Assembly (NCBI RefSeq): GCF_032444005.1
Contig: NC_091285.1
Span: forward strand, 13,082,001 to 13,146,000
Direction of reading: 5' to 3'
DNA: 64,000 nucleotides
Source of the DNA: Ranitomeya imitator
Lineage: Eukaryota
Shown: positions 62,855 through 64,000 of the stretch, piece after piece
How positions within the stretch are numbered: position 1 is the first letter of the stretch
How the letters are laid out: each line of letters begins with the position of its first letter
The notes under the pieces: model-generated
Databases searched by the model: none
Told to the model about the DNA's origin: nothing
The model's input: only the letters and a program-made list of their open reading frames with translations
Program-made: the position numbers and the translations under genes

Positions 62855-63088
62855 GAGGCAGAATAAAATGTGTTTTTTTTTTTTTCACCAACATTTGAGG
62901 CGCTGTCTTCTCTACTACTTGGTATGGACTTTCTTCCGGGATGAACTCCCTGGTTGTGACGTGCGTCTTAAATAGTGTCCTGTAGGACCCTGGCTACATG
63001 AGGTGCAGTTTAACTTATAATTTTTGATCGGTGCAGATTACTTTTGTCCTGCCCAACTGCCAATGTATAACTGCAGAATACGCTTTAA

Positions 63089-64000
63089 CCCTCCGTCACA
63101 TACAATATTCGGACTAACGAGTTCACATACAATGTGCCTGTCAGGCGCCTGCTGGAAAAATACCTATAATATCTAATGTTTGCAATTTCAGTGCTCTAAA
63201 AGTGATCAGTGACCTTCATATGGATGTAATAAAAAGAGACTACACATAATCAGTTGCAAAAAAAAACATTTACTTAACATAAAACTAATAACTATGAAAT
63301 ACAAACTTTTCAAAACTCCCGCCAAATAGTCCCCAGTTCGACTCTCTCAAAAAAATGTACAAAGAAAATTTTTGAACACAAACTTAATTTTAAGGTACCT
63401 TAAGTACTATTAAAAACATATTCAATCAGAAGTAGATGCTGAGGTTTCCCCAGAAAAGTCACACTTGCAGAGCAAATAGCAAGAATTACACACCATTTTT
63501 GCATGTGTCAGGCAAATTGCTTTATGACATTTGAGACATTCATAATTTGAAAGCCTTCTGGTTCCACTTTCCGTTTGGCAGGTGGTGCAGATGGTGACTT
63601 TTCACCATCATCTTCTGGGCGGAACCTTTTGAGCTGAACTTGAAGGCGAGAGGGGATACCGATTGTTTTCACGCTTCTGCTGCGTAGCTCTCCAAGTACT
63701 AGTTCATGGGCCAATTTTTTCAGATTCAATCGTCTACGGAGTGGTTCAAGCTTGTTTTCAAGATAAATTACTTGTGAATTTATACCACCCAAATTCAACA
63801 TAGCAAAAAATATGACCATTGGCCAGCGTTTGATGTTTCTGCTGACGTTGAAAGTGGAGCACATCTGATCTGCTGTATCCACACCCCCTTTGGTGGCATT
63901 GTAAAATGTAATTATCTCCGTTTTTTTTTCTGCCCCAGTCCCAGGATCGATGGCAGCATCATCATGAAGTGTTGATAGAAGAAGTACGATTTTTTTGGCA
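63089..64000 (-). mobile_element. piggyBac transposon 3' end with transposase remnant
   Basis: TTAA-CCCT terminus at 63085-63092. The minus strand encodes (GV)DTADQMCSTFNVSRNIKRWPMVIFF, the third catalytic D region of piggyBac. Confidence 0.85.

Larger units (their letters stand above)
60960..62900 (+). mobile_element. 5'-truncated Penelope-like retroelement (RT + GIY-YIG), disrupted
   Basis: MGSNVAPTYANIYM...YIDDIF (RT), FSYRRNRNLKDVLV linker, VYILSCPCGLFYVGETT (GIY-YIG). Stops, frameshifts and a MITE insertion. Confidence 0.92.

Overview
Vertebrate genomic DNA, most likely anuran (inferred from the histone sequences and repeat families). It holds a replication-dependent histone cluster: seven divergent H2A/H2B pairs (six in one orientation, the last inverted; the first H2A has an in-frame stop), one H4, one H3.2-type H3 and no intact H1. 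All histone genes are intronless and end in a stem-loop. The spacers are dense with transposons: Tc1, hAT, piggyBac, Penelope, CR1/L2, a V-SINE, solo LTRs, a foldback element, a Helitron, many MITEs and minisatellites. The most notable unexplained structure is a repeated non-histone module. It is a bidirectional E2F/CHR-GC-CCAAT promoter followed by a 34-nt ATG-initiated exon and a phase-compatible 128-nt exon, i.e. the 5' end of a spliced gene I cannot identify, whose copies alternate with the H2A/H2B pairs. Also seen: orphan histone 3' ends (two probably H1 relics), minimal hammerhead-like ribozyme folds, octamer loss in the inverted pair, and two H2A tail variants. No database search or computation was possible, so coordinates of degenerate repeats are approximate.
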